NCBI GenBank assembly: GCA_963814805.1
Contig: CAWFER010000016.1
Span: 56,715-120,714, forward strand
Origin: an uncultured Alphaproteobacteria bacterium
GTDB lineage: Bacteria > Pseudomonadota > Alphaproteobacteria > ATCC43930 > CGMCC-115725
Reading direction: 5' to 3'
Length of the DNA stretch: 64,000 nt
Shown here: in pieces, positions 43,750-56,799 of the stretch
How positions within the stretch are numbered: position 1 is the first letter of the stretch
Layout: each line of letters opens with the position of its first letter
Notes under the pieces: model-generated
Told to the model about the DNA's origin: nothing
Seen by the model: the letters and a program-made list of their open reading frames with translations, nothing else
Databases searched by the model: none
Translations under genes and position numbers: made by a program

Positions 43750-44656
43750 TCACGGCGAACCGGCCTTCGCCGCCGCCCCGGCCGCCGGCGTCCCTGCCGG
43801 GTTTTGGAAAAAGCGGAAGAATTTGCCGCTCGGGGTCAGCACGAAGGAAGTCTTCCTGCCGGTCAGCGCGTCGGCGATAGGCCTGCATCGAGCGATAGAA
43901 GGCGAAGAACTGCTGTCGTGGCCGAAGGCCTTGGCGTAGATGCTGATGCTCTGCGCGTCGCCGTCGCCGCGCACCTTCTGCGCGTCGCGCTGCGCGTCGG
44001 CGAGGATCACCACCCGCTCGCGGTCGGCCTTGGCACGCACCACCTTCGCCGCTTCGGCGCCCTCGGCGCGGTATTCTGCCGCCCGCTGCTGGCGTTCCGA
44101 CTGCATGCGGGCATAGATTGCCTCGCTGTTTGCCGGAGGTAGATCGGCACGGCGGATTCTGACGTCGACGATCTCGACGCCGAACGGCTCGGCCTGGGTC
44201 CGTCACTTCGGCGCGGATCTTATGCATAATGGTCACCCGCTGCGGCGAGAGCAGGGCCGACAGCGGCACATCGCCGATCACCTGCCGCATGCTGCCGCTG
44301 ACCATCGCCTGCAGCCGAGCTCGCACCGCCGCCTCGGTGCCGACGGTCTGATAGAATCTGAGTGGGTTGGTTATGCGATAGCGCGTGTAAGTGTCGACGA
44401 TGGCCCGCTTCTGATCCGCGAAGATGACCTCTTCCGGCGGCGGATCGAAATCGAGCAGGCGCTTGTCGTAGATGATCACATTCTGAATGAACGGTTCTTT
44501 GATCCGCAGCCCCGGGGAGCGGATGACCCGCCGCGGCTGGCCGAACTGGAGGACCAACGCCTGCTCGGTCTGGGTGACAATATATAGCGAGCTCATCGCG
44601 AAGATGCCGACGACGACTAGGGCCACGGCAACCACCAGCAGGGCGCGGCGGTTCAT
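43750..44656 (-). pseudogene. hflC: protease modulator HflC, about four frameshifts
   Basis: ATG 44656 opens MNRRALLVVAVALVVV.. with an SPFH domain. The C-terminal part is in ORF 43750-44106 (MQSERQQRAAEYRAEG..), with short returns to the first frame (QFFAFYRSMQAY). Confidence 0.8.
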
Positions 44657-44696
44657 GATTTCGTCCCCATCGCCATCGCCTCGTAACACGGCCTGC

Positions 44697-45925
44697 TCAT
44701 GGCTGCCCGCCGTTCAGCGGCGCCGCCGGCGCCGAGGATTGCGGCGTCGGCTGTTGCGATCCCGCAGCCGGTGCCGTGTTGCCGGCGGCGGCAGTGCCGG
44801 CACTGCCGAGCGCCGGCAGCGGCAGATAGGGCAGCACCCCGCTTCCGCCCTCGGCAGATTTGTCGATGATCACCTTGGTGCTGTTTTTCAGCACCCTCTC
44901 CATGGTCTCGAGGTAGAGCCGTTCGAGGGTGACGTTCTGTGCCGCCTTGAAAGCGTGATAGACCGACAGAAAGCGTGCCGCATCGCCCTCGGCGCGGGCG
45001 ATGATCTCCTGGCGGTAGGCCTTCGCGTCCTGCACGATCTTCACAGCGTGACCGCGCGCCCGCGGGACGATGTCGTTGCGATAGGCCTGGGCCACGTTGC
45101 GCAGCCGCGCGCGGTCGGCGAGCGCGCTCTGCACGTCGCGAAACGCGCCGATGACCGGGGCCGGCGGATCGACCCGCTGCAATTGAACCTCGGTGACCTC
45201 GATCCCGGCGCCGTAGCGGTTGAGGAGGTGCTGCAACAAATGCTTGGTGTCGGCCTCGATCTTGGCGCGCCCTTCGAAGCCAGCGCCATGGTCATCGGGT
45301 TCTCGCCGATCACCTCGCGCATGGCGCTCTCGGCCGCGGATTTGACCGTTCTGTCCGGAGACGCGGATATTGAACAGGTAATTCTTCGCGTCGTCGATCA
45401 GCCAGAACACCGTGAAGTTGATGTCGACGATATTCTCGTCGCCTGTCAGCATCAACGATTCTATCGGGAACCTGCTCAGTCTCGGCGCGCGCCGGTCGCC
45501 GAATTGGCACCGGAGCGGAAGCCGATCTCGGTGCGGTTGACACGGGTGACGCTCGGCGTCAGCACCGTTTCGATCGGGTCCGGCAGATGATAGTTGAGGC
45601 CCGGCTGGGTGGTCCGGTTGTAGGCGCCAAAGCGCAGCACGATCCCGACCTCGTCGGGCAGCACCCGATAGAAGCCGCTGGCCAGCCAGATCACGATGAT
45701 CGCGAGGACGACGATGGCGATGCCGCCGCCGGTGCCGAACCCGCCCGGCAGAACGCGCCGGATCCGGTCCTGGCCGCGCCGCAGCAATTCCTCGAAATCG
45801 GGCGAATACGGCCCGCGGCCGCGCGGACCCTGGCCGCCGCCATTGTTGCGCGGACCGCCGCCCCAGGGGCCGCCCCCGCGAGGACCGCCGCCCCACGGCC
45901 CGCCACCCTGACTTAGCCAGAACAT
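44697..45925 (-). pseudogene. hflK: protease modulator HflK, at least three frameshifts
   Basis: ATG 45925 opens MFWLSQGGGPWGGGP.. with a Gly-rich N-terminus. The TM segment and SPFH domain are spread over frames 45476-46042, 45041-45322 and 44697-46061. Confidence 0.8.
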
Positions 45926-46229
45926 CGGCCGTGAACCTTTCCGCGCCGTTGGATCGGGCCCGAGCCCGGCTAGGCTGCGGGCTCCGCAAGCGGGGCGCAC
46001 CAGACGCCTGTCCCGATAGAGGCCGGGTGCGGGTGTTGTCAAGCACAGCCGGCGATCCCAAATCCGCTTTATCGGGCGACGCTCGCCAATCGGTGGCGCG
46101 GGTTGGCCGGTCCTTCGCCGTTCGATCGCCTGGAGCGGAGGCGCAGATTACCAGGTCGGCGAGCCCGCCGGCTCACAGCCGACGATCGCATGAGTCGCGT
46201 TTCGCCCGCCTGCGGGGCTGAGGAGTGAG

Positions 46230-47378
46230 ATGGCCGCAATCACCGAACAACAGATCCTCGACGCCCTGTCACGGGTCGGCGACCCGACCGGGGCGGCGAC
46301 ATCGTCTCACTCGGCATGGTTTCGGGAATCGTGATCCGCGACGGCAATGTCGCCTTTGCGATCGAGGTCGAGCCCGAGCGCGGCCCGGTTCTGGAGCCGT
46401 TGCGCAAAGCTGCCGAAAAGGCGGTCGAGGCGCTTCCCGACGTGCTGTCGGTGACCGCGGTGCTGACCGCCCAGAGCGCCCCGCGCGGCCGCGCCGCGGC
46501 GCCACAGCGGCGGCCCGCCGCGCACGGCCGTCCCGGTCCCGGCACGCAGCCCGCCGGCCGGCCGCAGCGTGGGGCGGTGCCCGGGGTGGGCGCCATCGTC
46601 GCGGTCGCCTCGGGCAAGGGCGGGGTCGGCAAGTCGACCGTCGCCGCCAATCTGGCGCTTGGCGCTGAAGGCGAACGGGTTGCGCGTCGGCGTGCTCGAC
46701 GCCGACATCTACGGCCCCTCGATGCCGCGCATGCTGGGGATTTCCGGCCGGCCCTCCTCGCCCGATGGCAAGCGCCTGATCCCGCTCGAGAATTACGGGG
46801 TGCGCTGCATGTCGATGGGGTTTCTGGTGCCCGAAGACAAGCCGATGATCTGGCGCGGCCCGATGGTGATGAGCGCCTTGCAGCAGATGTTGCGCGAGGT
46901 CGAATGGGGCGAGCTCGACATTATGGTGGTCGACATGCCGCCCGGCACCGGCGACGCGCAGCTGACGATGGCCCAGCAGGTGCCGTTGGCCGGCGCCGTC
47001 ATCGTCTCGACCCCGCAGGACATCGCCCTCCTCGACGCGCGCAAGGGGCTCAACATGTTCCGCCAGGTCGAGGTGCCGGTGCTCGGCATCGTCGAGAATA
47101 TGAGCTATTTCCTGTGCCCGCATTGCGGCGGCCGCAGCGAGATCTTTTCGCATGGCGGCGCCCGGCGCGAAGCCGAGAAGCTCGGCGCCGAGTTCCTGGG
47201 CGAGGTGCCGCTCGACCTGCAGATTCGCGAGACCTCGGACGATGGCCGGCCGATCACCGTCTCCGACCCCGACAACCCGCACTCTTTGGTGTTCCGCGCC
47301 ATCGCCCGGCGCATCTGGGAAAAGATCGCTGGAGCCGACGCGGTCGGCCGCGCCCCGCCGCGCATCGTCATCGAATAG
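46230..47378 (+). pseudogene. apbC: Mrp/NBP35 (ApbC) iron-sulfur cluster carrier ATPase, two frameshifts
   Basis: ATG 46230 opens MAAITEQQILDAL... The Walker A motif ASGKGGVGKST and CPHCG are present. Frame joins lie near 46295 and 46665. The C-terminal 269 aa are in ORF 46569-47378. Confidence 0.85.
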
Positions 47379-47402
47379 GATGCTCAAGGTCAATTCTGCG
47401 CG

Positions 47403-47759
47403 CTATGAAATATGCGCGCGATTGCCATGATTTCCGGGTTGACCCGGCGATGCGTCCGACGCGACCACATTGGGAAGCGGCGCCAAATCCGAGCAGCGAT
47501 GATGAACAATCTTGGTCTCGGCGATTCCTTCATAGGTGTTAAGTAGCGCCTCCTGCATATTTACGATTACTGGACCGGTTATCAGGATGCCGTAGGCATG
47601 GCGGGGCGAGGCCACGAATTCGATTTCGCGCCGCACCACTAACAAAAATTGCCCCGCAACTCTTGACATATGATAGCTTACCCATCGATCATGCGGGATA
47701 AGAAGTCGTACTAGATACGAGCGGGGCACCCTGGTGGGCGACGAACCGGCATCCCCCAT
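47403..47759 (-). pseudogene. remnant of a NuoB/HycG-type hydrogenase small-subunit gene (fragment)
   Basis: IEFVASPRHAYGILITGPVIVNMQEALLNTYEGIAETKIV resembles the conserved FVASPRHAD..TGPV..NM..AL..TYE..PEPK segment. The N-terminal Cys motif and the following Cys/Gly motif are missing. Low G+C. Confidence 0.35.
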
Positions 47760-47775
47760 CCCGCGAAGGATAGCA

Positions 47776-48033
47776 ATGGACGAGCTCTATGGTCGTTATC
47801 ACGGCAGAATTCTCGTGCTGGCAACGCGCTCCACAGAGGATGGCGTCTGGAAGGCTAAGTTGCGCGAGATCCTCGCCGAGTTCGACGACGACTGCCACAA
47901 GCTTTCTGCGTCCGACCGTCAGCTACTCCGCTACGATCTCGCCAGCCAGTTCGAGCACGAGGTGTTGCGCTTTTCAGATCCGGCGAAACGAGCGGTTCTC
48001 GCCATCGCTCTCAAGCATTTTGATGATGGCTGA
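47776..48033 (+). CDS. hypothetical protein (low-G+C islet)
   Basis: Internal ATG at 47776 of ORF 47734-48033 opens MDELYGRYHGRILVLATRSTEDG... No family recognised and there is no clear RBS. Confidence 0.3.
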   Translation: MDELYGRYHGRILVLATRSTEDGVWKAKLREILAEFDDDCHKLSASDRQLLRYDLASQFEHEVLRFSDPAKRAVLAIALKHFDDG

Positions 48034-48049
48034 AGCAGGATGAGTGCAC

Positions 48050-48286
48050 TCAATGTTCGAAGAATATCGCACAGGCGTGGACATGATCCAGATACTCCGG
48101 TCCGCGCAATTCGACGATACGACTGGTACGATCGAGCGGACTTACTGATCTACATTTTCTAAACTCCTCAAAGGTATCGGCCAACCCGTTTCGTACATGA
48201 TTCCAAGATTGAATTGCGCCTCGGCATCGCCGCCGCGTTCGGCGGCTTGAAGCAGGTGTTTTTTCACGCAGGCGGCTCCTCGACAT
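48050..48286 (-). pseudogene. remnant of a Sel1-repeat (TPR-like) gene, frameshifted
   Basis: An alternative minus-strand frame at about 48185-48267 reads KKHLLQAAERGGDAEAQFNLGIMYETG, a textbook Sel1 repeat. It then continues in the ORF-track frame (ADTFEEFRKC..). Low G+C. Confidence 0.3.
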
Positions 48287-48321
48287 CCGGTCGCGCCGCT
48301 CCGCCGTCGTGGAGCCGGTCA

Positions 48322-48351
48322 ACACCTCTCCCCACGATCGGGAAGAGGTGT
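48322..48351 (-). terminator. hairpin downstream of groEL (no U-tract)
   Basis: ACACCTCT pairs with AGAGGTGT (8 bp), and inner CCC pairs with GGG. It lies 32 nt after the groEL stop. Confidence 0.35.
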
Positions 48352-48383
48352 CGCCCTTTGCCGGCGCCGGCGCGGCTGGCGGC

Positions 48384-50355
<1,972 letters not shown>

Positions 50356-50389
50356 CGACGGTCTCCTCGGACCAAAATTTTGGGAAGGG

Positions 50390-50416
50390 CTGGCACTGTC
50401 GGACCGCGAGTGCCAA
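50390..50416 (-). promoter_or_regulatory. CIRCE-like HrcA operator upstream of groES
   Basis: On the minus strand, TTGGCACTC-GCGGTCCGA-CAGTGCCAG compares with the consensus TTAGCACTC-N9-GAGTGCTAA. It lies 35-61 nt upstream of the groES start. Confidence 0.7.
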
Positions 50417-50672
50417 CGCGTATTACGGTACGTGAGGCGTCAACCTGCCATATACAACCGCAAATGATTTTGGATCAGGCCCACAGCCGCCGGCGCAGGC
50501 AGACACCGATAGGCTGACCGAAGTGACGCCCTAGAAGTAATACAAACAGGCTGACGACCGCGTTGGCGCGCAGAGCCATCTCGCGCCGCTCGACCTGAAC
50601 TTCGCGCCAGATTCTTCAGAATGAGTAGTTTCCGAGCCTAACGGGGATTATTGACGATATCATCTAGAGCGA

Positions 50673-51392
50673 ATGAGCACTCAATCGAATTGGCCCCGCA
50701 ACCGGCTTTTGCTCGCCCTTCCCGTCGCCGATATCGAACAGATTCTGCCGGATCTCGAACGGATTTACTGTCAGCGCGAACAGATCCTGATGGATGCCGA
50801 TAGTTCTGCTCGATCATGTATTCTTCCCCGACAGCGGTGTCATCTCGGTGGTGGCGGTTTATGCGGACGGCAGCTATTATTGAGATGGCGACGATCGGCA
50901 GGGAGGGCTGCACCGGGGTGCAGGCGATCTTTGGCGCGGAGAATTCCTCGGTCCGGCTTCTCGTTCAGATCCCCGGGGGAGCCGCACGGATGTCGAGCGC
51001 GGCGTTCACCCGGGCGATGGCGTCGATGCCGTCCTTCCGAACCCTGATGTACGCCTACATTCAGGCGTTTCTTGAGCAGGTCCTGGTGTCGGTGGCGTGC
51101 AACGGTGCGCACAGCCTCAAGCAGCGCTTTGCGCGTTGGCTTTTGATGATGCGCGACCGCGGCGACAATGATGCACTCCAAATCACCCAAAACCTGCTCG
51201 CCGAAATGCTGGGTGTCCAGAGGCCAACCATCACCAACGCCGCCCGGGTGTTGGAACGTGCCGGTTTGATCGCGCGCGGCCGGCGGCAGGTCACGATCCT
51301 TGATCGGCAGGGCCTCGCTGGGGAATCTGTGCGAATGTTATCAGTTGGTCCGGGCGCGGATCGCTTTTCACCTTCCCAGATCGTACGGATAA
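50673..51392 (+). pseudogene. Crp/Fnr family transcriptional regulator, two frameshifts
   Basis: The N-terminus is in ORF 50673-51047 and the core is in ORF 50816-52132 (..IIEMATIGREGCTGV.., HTH LLAEMLGVQRPTITNAARVLERAGLI). The tail, after a slip near 51320, reads ..CECYQLVRARIAFHLPRSYG and stops at 51390-51392. Confidence 0.7.
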
Positions 51393-51412
51393 AAAAGCGA
51401 GCCGCCCATAAG

Positions 51413-51432
51413 TCGGTAATGTACATTACCGA
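51413..51432. repeat. perfect 20-bp palindrome TCGGTAATGTACATTACCGA (function unknown)
   Basis: Read directly from the sequence. It lies 21 nt after the Crp-like stop and about 140 nt before the CheB/CheR-kinase start. Confidence 0.8.
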
Positions 51433-51574
51433 CAATACCCGCCGGACGGGATTACAAATCTCGGCCTGCCGGCGGGTGACAGGCGCTCTCCGGCGAGGTC
51501 TTAGGTCAAGCCGCAATAACGAATTCTCGAAAAAGCGTCTTTGCGCGACACTGACAGGCCGAGCGTGCATTGCT

Positions 51575-54500
51575 ATGAGAGGACAGGGTCAGAGACAGGC
51601 CGGAGCGGCTCGTCCGCGGCCAAGCCGGCGTTCGTCGCGAAGGCGTCTGTCGCCGCCCGCCGCTGACGAGATTCCCGGTCGTCGGGCTCGGCGCCTCGGC
51701 CGGCGGCCTCGATGCCTTCCGCAGGCTGCTCGCCGTGCTCCCGGGCGGCACCGGCATGGCCTTCATCCTGATCCAGCATCTCGATCCGACGCATGCGAGC
51801 ATGATGGTCGATCTGCTGGCCGGCCATACGCCGCTCAAAGTCCAGCAGGCGGCGGACGGGATGCCGATCGAGCCCGAGCATGTCTATCTCATTCCGCCGG
51901 GCGACTATCTCTCGATCCGCGGCGGCGTCCTGCGCCTATCGCAGCCGCGCGAGCGTCATGGCGCGCGCCTGCCGTTCGATTTCTTTTTGCGCTCGCTGGC
52001 CGAAGAGATCGGCGAGCGCGCGATCTGCGTGATCCTTTCGGGAACCGGCAGCGACGGCAGCCTGGGGCTGAAGGCGGTCAAGGAGCAGGGCGGGCTCGTC
52101 ATCGCGCAGGATCCGGACGAGGCCGAGTATGACGGCATGCCGCGCAGCGCGATCATGACCGGCGCCGTCGACCTCGTGCTGCCGGTCGCCGAGATTCCCG
52201 AAATCCTCGCCAAATACGGTCGGCGCAAGGGCTTGTCGCCGGACGATCATCCCCCGGATCGGTTGGCCGAGATCGTCAATCTGCTGCGCACGAAGACGGC
52301 GCACGATTTCGCGCTCTACAAGCCGGGCACATTGCTGCGCCGGATCGAGCGGCGCATGGCGCTGGCCGGCGTCGACGACAGCGGCCGCCTATCTCGACAT
52401 GCTGCGGCAGAATGCCGGCTGAACTCGAGCTGCTCGCCAAGGATCTGCTGATCAACGTCACCAGCTTCTTCCGCGATCCGAAGGCCTTCGAATTGCTGGC
52501 GCAGGAGGTGGTTCCCGATCTGGTCCGCCGGCACCCGGCGGACCGGCCGCTGCGGATCTGGGTTGCCGGCTGCAGCACCGGCGAGGAGACCTATTCGCTG
52601 GCCATGCTGTTTCTCGAGGAGATCGCGGCGGCCAAGCGCAATATCAAGCTGCAGGTCTTCGCCTCCGATGTCGACGAGGATGCGGTCGCTCTGGCCCGCG
52701 AGGGGCGCTATCCGGAATCGATCGCGGCGGATGTGTCGCCGGCGCGGCTCGCCCGCTTCTTTACCGAGGAGGAGCATCGGCTACCGGGTCGTGCCCGAAC
52801 TGCGCGGCGTCGTGGTGTTCACGGTACAGGATGTGCTGGCCGATCCGCCGTTCTCGCGCCTCGACCTGATCTCCTGCCGCAACCTGCTGATCTATTTGCG
52901 GCCCGAAGCGCAGGAAAAAGTGCTGCTGCTGTTCCATTTCGCGCTCGGCGAGGGTGGCGTTCTGATGCTCGGCGGCTCCGAGACGGTGGGCAGCCTCGAC
53001 GACCGGTTCGAGCCGATCTCCAAAGCGCAGCGGATCTATCGGCAGATCGGCCGCAGCCGGCCCGGCGAAGTCGATTTCCCGGTCGGCGCGGGCGGCCGCG
53101 CGCGAGCGATTTGGCCCGGAGCGCCGCACCCGCCAACCGCGCGGGGCGTCACCCCTGGCGATCTCACGCACCGCCTGCTGATCGAAACCTATGCGCCGGC
53201 GTCGGTTCTGATCAACCGCAAGCACGAGTGCCTCTATTATTCGGGACCGACCGACCGCTATTTGCGGGTGGCCGGCGGGCGAGCCCAGCCGCGATCTGCT
53301 CGACATGGCGCGCGAGGGCTTGCGCCAAAAGCTCGGTGCGGCGATCCGGCAGGCGAGCCGGGAGCACGCGCAGGCGACCGCCACCAGCGCGCAGGCGAGC
53401 TTCGGCGGCAGCGTCGTCGCGGTCCGCATCGAGGTCCATCCGGTGCGCAGCGAACGGCGAAGAGCTGCTGCTGGTCAGCTTCTTCGACGAACCCGAGCGC
53501 GAGCAGCGATCGGACCGGCCGGCCGAGCCCGCCGATGACCCCTCGCGGGTCGCCGAGCTCGAACGGGAGCTCGACGCCACCCGCAAGGAACTGCAGAACG
53601 CCATCCACGACCTCGAGATCGCCAACGAAGAGCAAAAGGCGATCAACCAGGAAGCGATGTCGGCGAACGAGGAGTTCCAGTCGACCAACGAAGAGCTGAT
53701 GACCTCGCGCGAGGAGCTGCAATCGCTCAATGAAGAGCTGACCGCGCTCAACAGCCAGCTTCAGGAAACGCTCGAACGCCAGCGCAGCACGTCGAACGAT
53801 CTGCAAAACATCCTGGACAGCTCCGGGGTGGCGACCCTGTTCCTGGACAGCGCGCTCAACATCCGCTTCTTCACGCCGGCGGCCAAATCGCTGTTCCGGG
53901 TCATCGCCACCGACATCGGCCGGCCGCTCGCCGATCTCACCCCGCTCGCCGCCGACCGCGATCTGCTGGCCGATGCCGGCGCCGTGCTCGCCAGCCTTGC
54001 GCCATTGGCGCGCGAGATCGAAGCCGAAGGCGGCGCCTGGTACGTCCGCCGCATCCTGCCCTACCGCACCCAGGACAACCGGATCGACGGGGTGGTCATC
54101 ACCTTTGCCGACATCTCCGAGATCAAGGCGGCCGAGCGCGAAATCCAGGCGGCGCGCGCCTATTCCGACAGCATCATCGACACGATCCGCCAGCCGCTGG
54201 TCGTGCTCGACGAGGAATTGCGGGTCATTTCCGCCAATCGGTCCTTCTACCGGAATTTCGCGCTCGCCCCCGAGGAAACCGTCGGTCGAATGGTGGGGCT
54301 GGCCGGCGCCGGCCACCCGGAAATTCCGGGGCTGCGCGGCTTCCTCGATCGGGTCCGCGCCGAGCCCGTCCCGGTCGAGGATTACGAGGTCGAGGTCGAA
54401 CTCCCGCAGCTCGGGCGGCGGCTCCTGCTGCTGAACGCGCGGGAGATCCGCGACGGGCTGGCGGGGGGACGCAAGATCCTGCTGGCGATCGACGACATCA

Positions 54501-56374
54501 CCGAACGCAGGCAGGCGACCGAGGCGCTGGAGGCCGCCACGCGAGAGGCCGAGCAGGCCAATCTCGGCAAGTCGCGGTTTCTTGCCGCCGCCAGCCACGA
54601 TCTGCGCCAGCCATTGCAGACGATCAGCCTGCTGCATGAACTATTGGCGAAGAAGGTCGCGGATGAAGAGACCTTGCGGCTGGTCGGCAGGCTCGACGAG
54701 ACCGTCAGCTCGATGTCGAGCATGCTGGACACTCTCCTCGACATTAACCAGCTCGAGGCCGGGATCGTCCGCCGCGAGATGGTCGATTTCCCGATCAATG
54801 CCGTGCTCGAGCAGCTGCGCACCCAGTTCACCTTTCACACGGCGGCGCATCGCCTCGGCTGGCGCGTCGTCCCCAGCCGCCTCAGCGTGCGCAGCGACCC
54901 CCGGCTGCTCGAGCAGATGATCCGCAATCTCTTGTCGAACGCGGTCAAATATACCAACACGGGAAGGGTCCTGCTGGGCTGCCGGCGACGCGGCGAGATG
55001 CTGCGCATCGAGGTCTGGGACACCGGGATCGGCATTCCCGAAGAGCAGCTCCAGGCGATTTTCGGGGAGTTTCATCAGCTCAACAATCCGGCGCGCGAAC
55101 GCAGCAAGGGCCTCGGCCTCGGTCTCGCCATCGTCGAGCGACTGGCGGGCCTCTTAGGCCACACCGTCGATGTTCGATCGCATCCGGGCAAGGGCTCGAT
55201 GTTCGCCGTCGAGGTGCCGCTCGGACAAGATGCGCCGCACTGGCGGCCTCGCCAAGTCTGGCGCGAGGCGACGGACAGCGTCCATCGGAGCGGCGCCATC
55301 CTGATCGTCGAGGACGATCCCTCGGTGCGCGAGATGCTGGCGCTCCTGCTCGACGGCGAGGGCTACCGCACGACGACCGTCGCGGACGGGAGAAAAGCGC
55401 TGGAGTTGGCGGCGCGCGGGGCGATTCGTCCGGACCTGGTCGTCGCCGACTACAATCTGCCGCAGGGGCTGAACGGCCTGCAAGCCGTGACCGGCCTGAG
55501 GGAGACGCTCGGCCGCGAGGTGCCGGCTGTCATCCTGACCGGCGACATCTCGACCGGCACCCTGCGCGAAATCGCCCAGGGCGGCTATCTGCACCTGAAC
55601 AAGCCGGTGAAGGCCAGGGAGCTGACCGATCTGATCCGTCGCTGCCTTGCGGAGCCGCTGCGACCGCTGCGAGCGGGCGCCCGGCAGCCGGCCGAACCGG
55701 CCGGCGACAGCCCGCAGCCGTCGCCCAACGTCGCACCGACCATCTTCGTCGTCGACGATGACGGCGCGGTGCGCGAGGCGATGCGCGATCTGCTCCGGGC
55801 AAATGGCTGGACGGTCGAGACCTACGCAAGTTCCGAGGCGTTCCTCGACGCCTATCATCCCGGCGGCGGAGGATGCCTGCTGCTGATCGACGCCCGGATG
55901 CCCGGCATGAGCGGGCTCGATCTGCTGCAGCGGCTCAAGACCGCGGGAGACCGGCTGCCAGCCATCATGATCACCGGCCAGGGCGACGTGCCGATGGCGG
56001 TCGAGGCGATGCGGGCCGGGGCTGCGGATTTCATCGAAAAGCCGATCCGCGCCGGCGAACTGTTCGCCAGCATCGAGCATGCGCTGGAGCACGTCCGGGA
56101 TGCGGCCAGATTGCCGGTTGGCCAGGAGGCGGCGGTGGAGCGTCTCGCCGGCCTGACCACGCGCCAGCGCCAGATCATGGCTCTGGTGCTCGCCGGGCAT
56201 CCCAGCAAGAACATTGCCGCCGACCTCGGCGTCAGCCAGCGCACGGTGGAGAACCATCGCGCCGCCATCATGAAGAAGACCGGCTCGCATTCGCTTTCGG
56301 CGCTGATCCGCCTGGCGCTCGCCGCCGACCCCGGCGCCGCGCTGTCGGCGCCGAGCCCTGCGGGCCAAGCCTGA
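51575..56374 (+). pseudogene. CheB methylesterase-CheR methyltransferase-PAS-histidine kinase-REC fused in frame to a FixJ-type REC-LuxR HTH; 5-6 frameshifts in the first 1.9 kb
   Basis: Identified motifs:
- CheB: PVVGLGASAGG.
- CheR: VAGCSTGEETYS.
- Coiled coil, then two PAS-like regions.
- H-box: AAASHDLRQPL.
- HATPase: DTGIGIP..GLGLGLAIV.
- REC1: VVADYNLP..NKPV.
- REC2 plus HTH: IFVVDDD.., LTTRQRQIMALVLAGHPSKNIAADLGVSQRTVENHR.
Frame joins lie near 51680, 52400, 52775, 53285 and 53455. The start is approximate. Confidence 0.75.
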
Positions 56375-56543
56375 GCGGTCGATTGCCCCAGCGGCTGATC
56401 CTGAGGCTTGGACGGCGCGCCGCTCCGCCGGACCAAGTGAACGCACGCATCGGGCCGATAGGTAGATTCCGAAGCTGGTGGCGGAGTTATCCTCTATCCA
56501 CATTTAGCAGGGAAGTTCCCGGCCACATGCGTTGGAGGAAGTT

Positions 56544-56624
56544 ATGGAATTGATTCTGATCATCTTGGTCGTTGTATTACTTTTCGGCGGCGGTGGTTTT
56601 TGGGGTTACAACCGCTGGCGGTAA
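56544..56624 (+). CDS. 26-aa small hydrophobic protein (DUF3309-like)
   Basis: GGAGG at 56534-56538 lies 5 nt before the ATG. The ORF encodes MELILIILVVVLLFGGGGFWGYNRWR followed by TAA. It is too short for the ORF track. Confidence 0.4.
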   Translation: MELILIILVVVLLFGGGGFWGYNRWR

Positions 56625-56799
56625 CGGGCTCGTCGTTCACTTGCGGGTTGGCGATGGCAAGCGGTCATACCGGCCGTTCCGCCCGTTCCGCTGACCCGCC
56701 ACCGGTGGCGACGTTATCATGCGGCGTCGCCGCTGATCGACGGCAGCGGCTTGTATCTCATCGTCGGTTCTATGCGTTCGATAGAGGCGACGGAGTTCG

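Noticed and set aside
45790-45910. Repetitive G-rich DNA that might be a tandem repeat locus.
   Set aside because: It encodes the Gly/Pro/Trp-rich N-terminus of HflK (GGGPWGGGPRGGGPWGGGPR). This is a coding low-complexity region, not an independent repeat element.
50417-50520. Sigma-32 or sigma-70 promoter hexamers upstream of CIRCE/groES (a TTGACG and TAATAC pair).
   Set aside because: The spacing between the candidate hexamers (12 nt) is wrong, and I found no CTTGAA/CCCCAT-type pair. The promoter is left unassigned.
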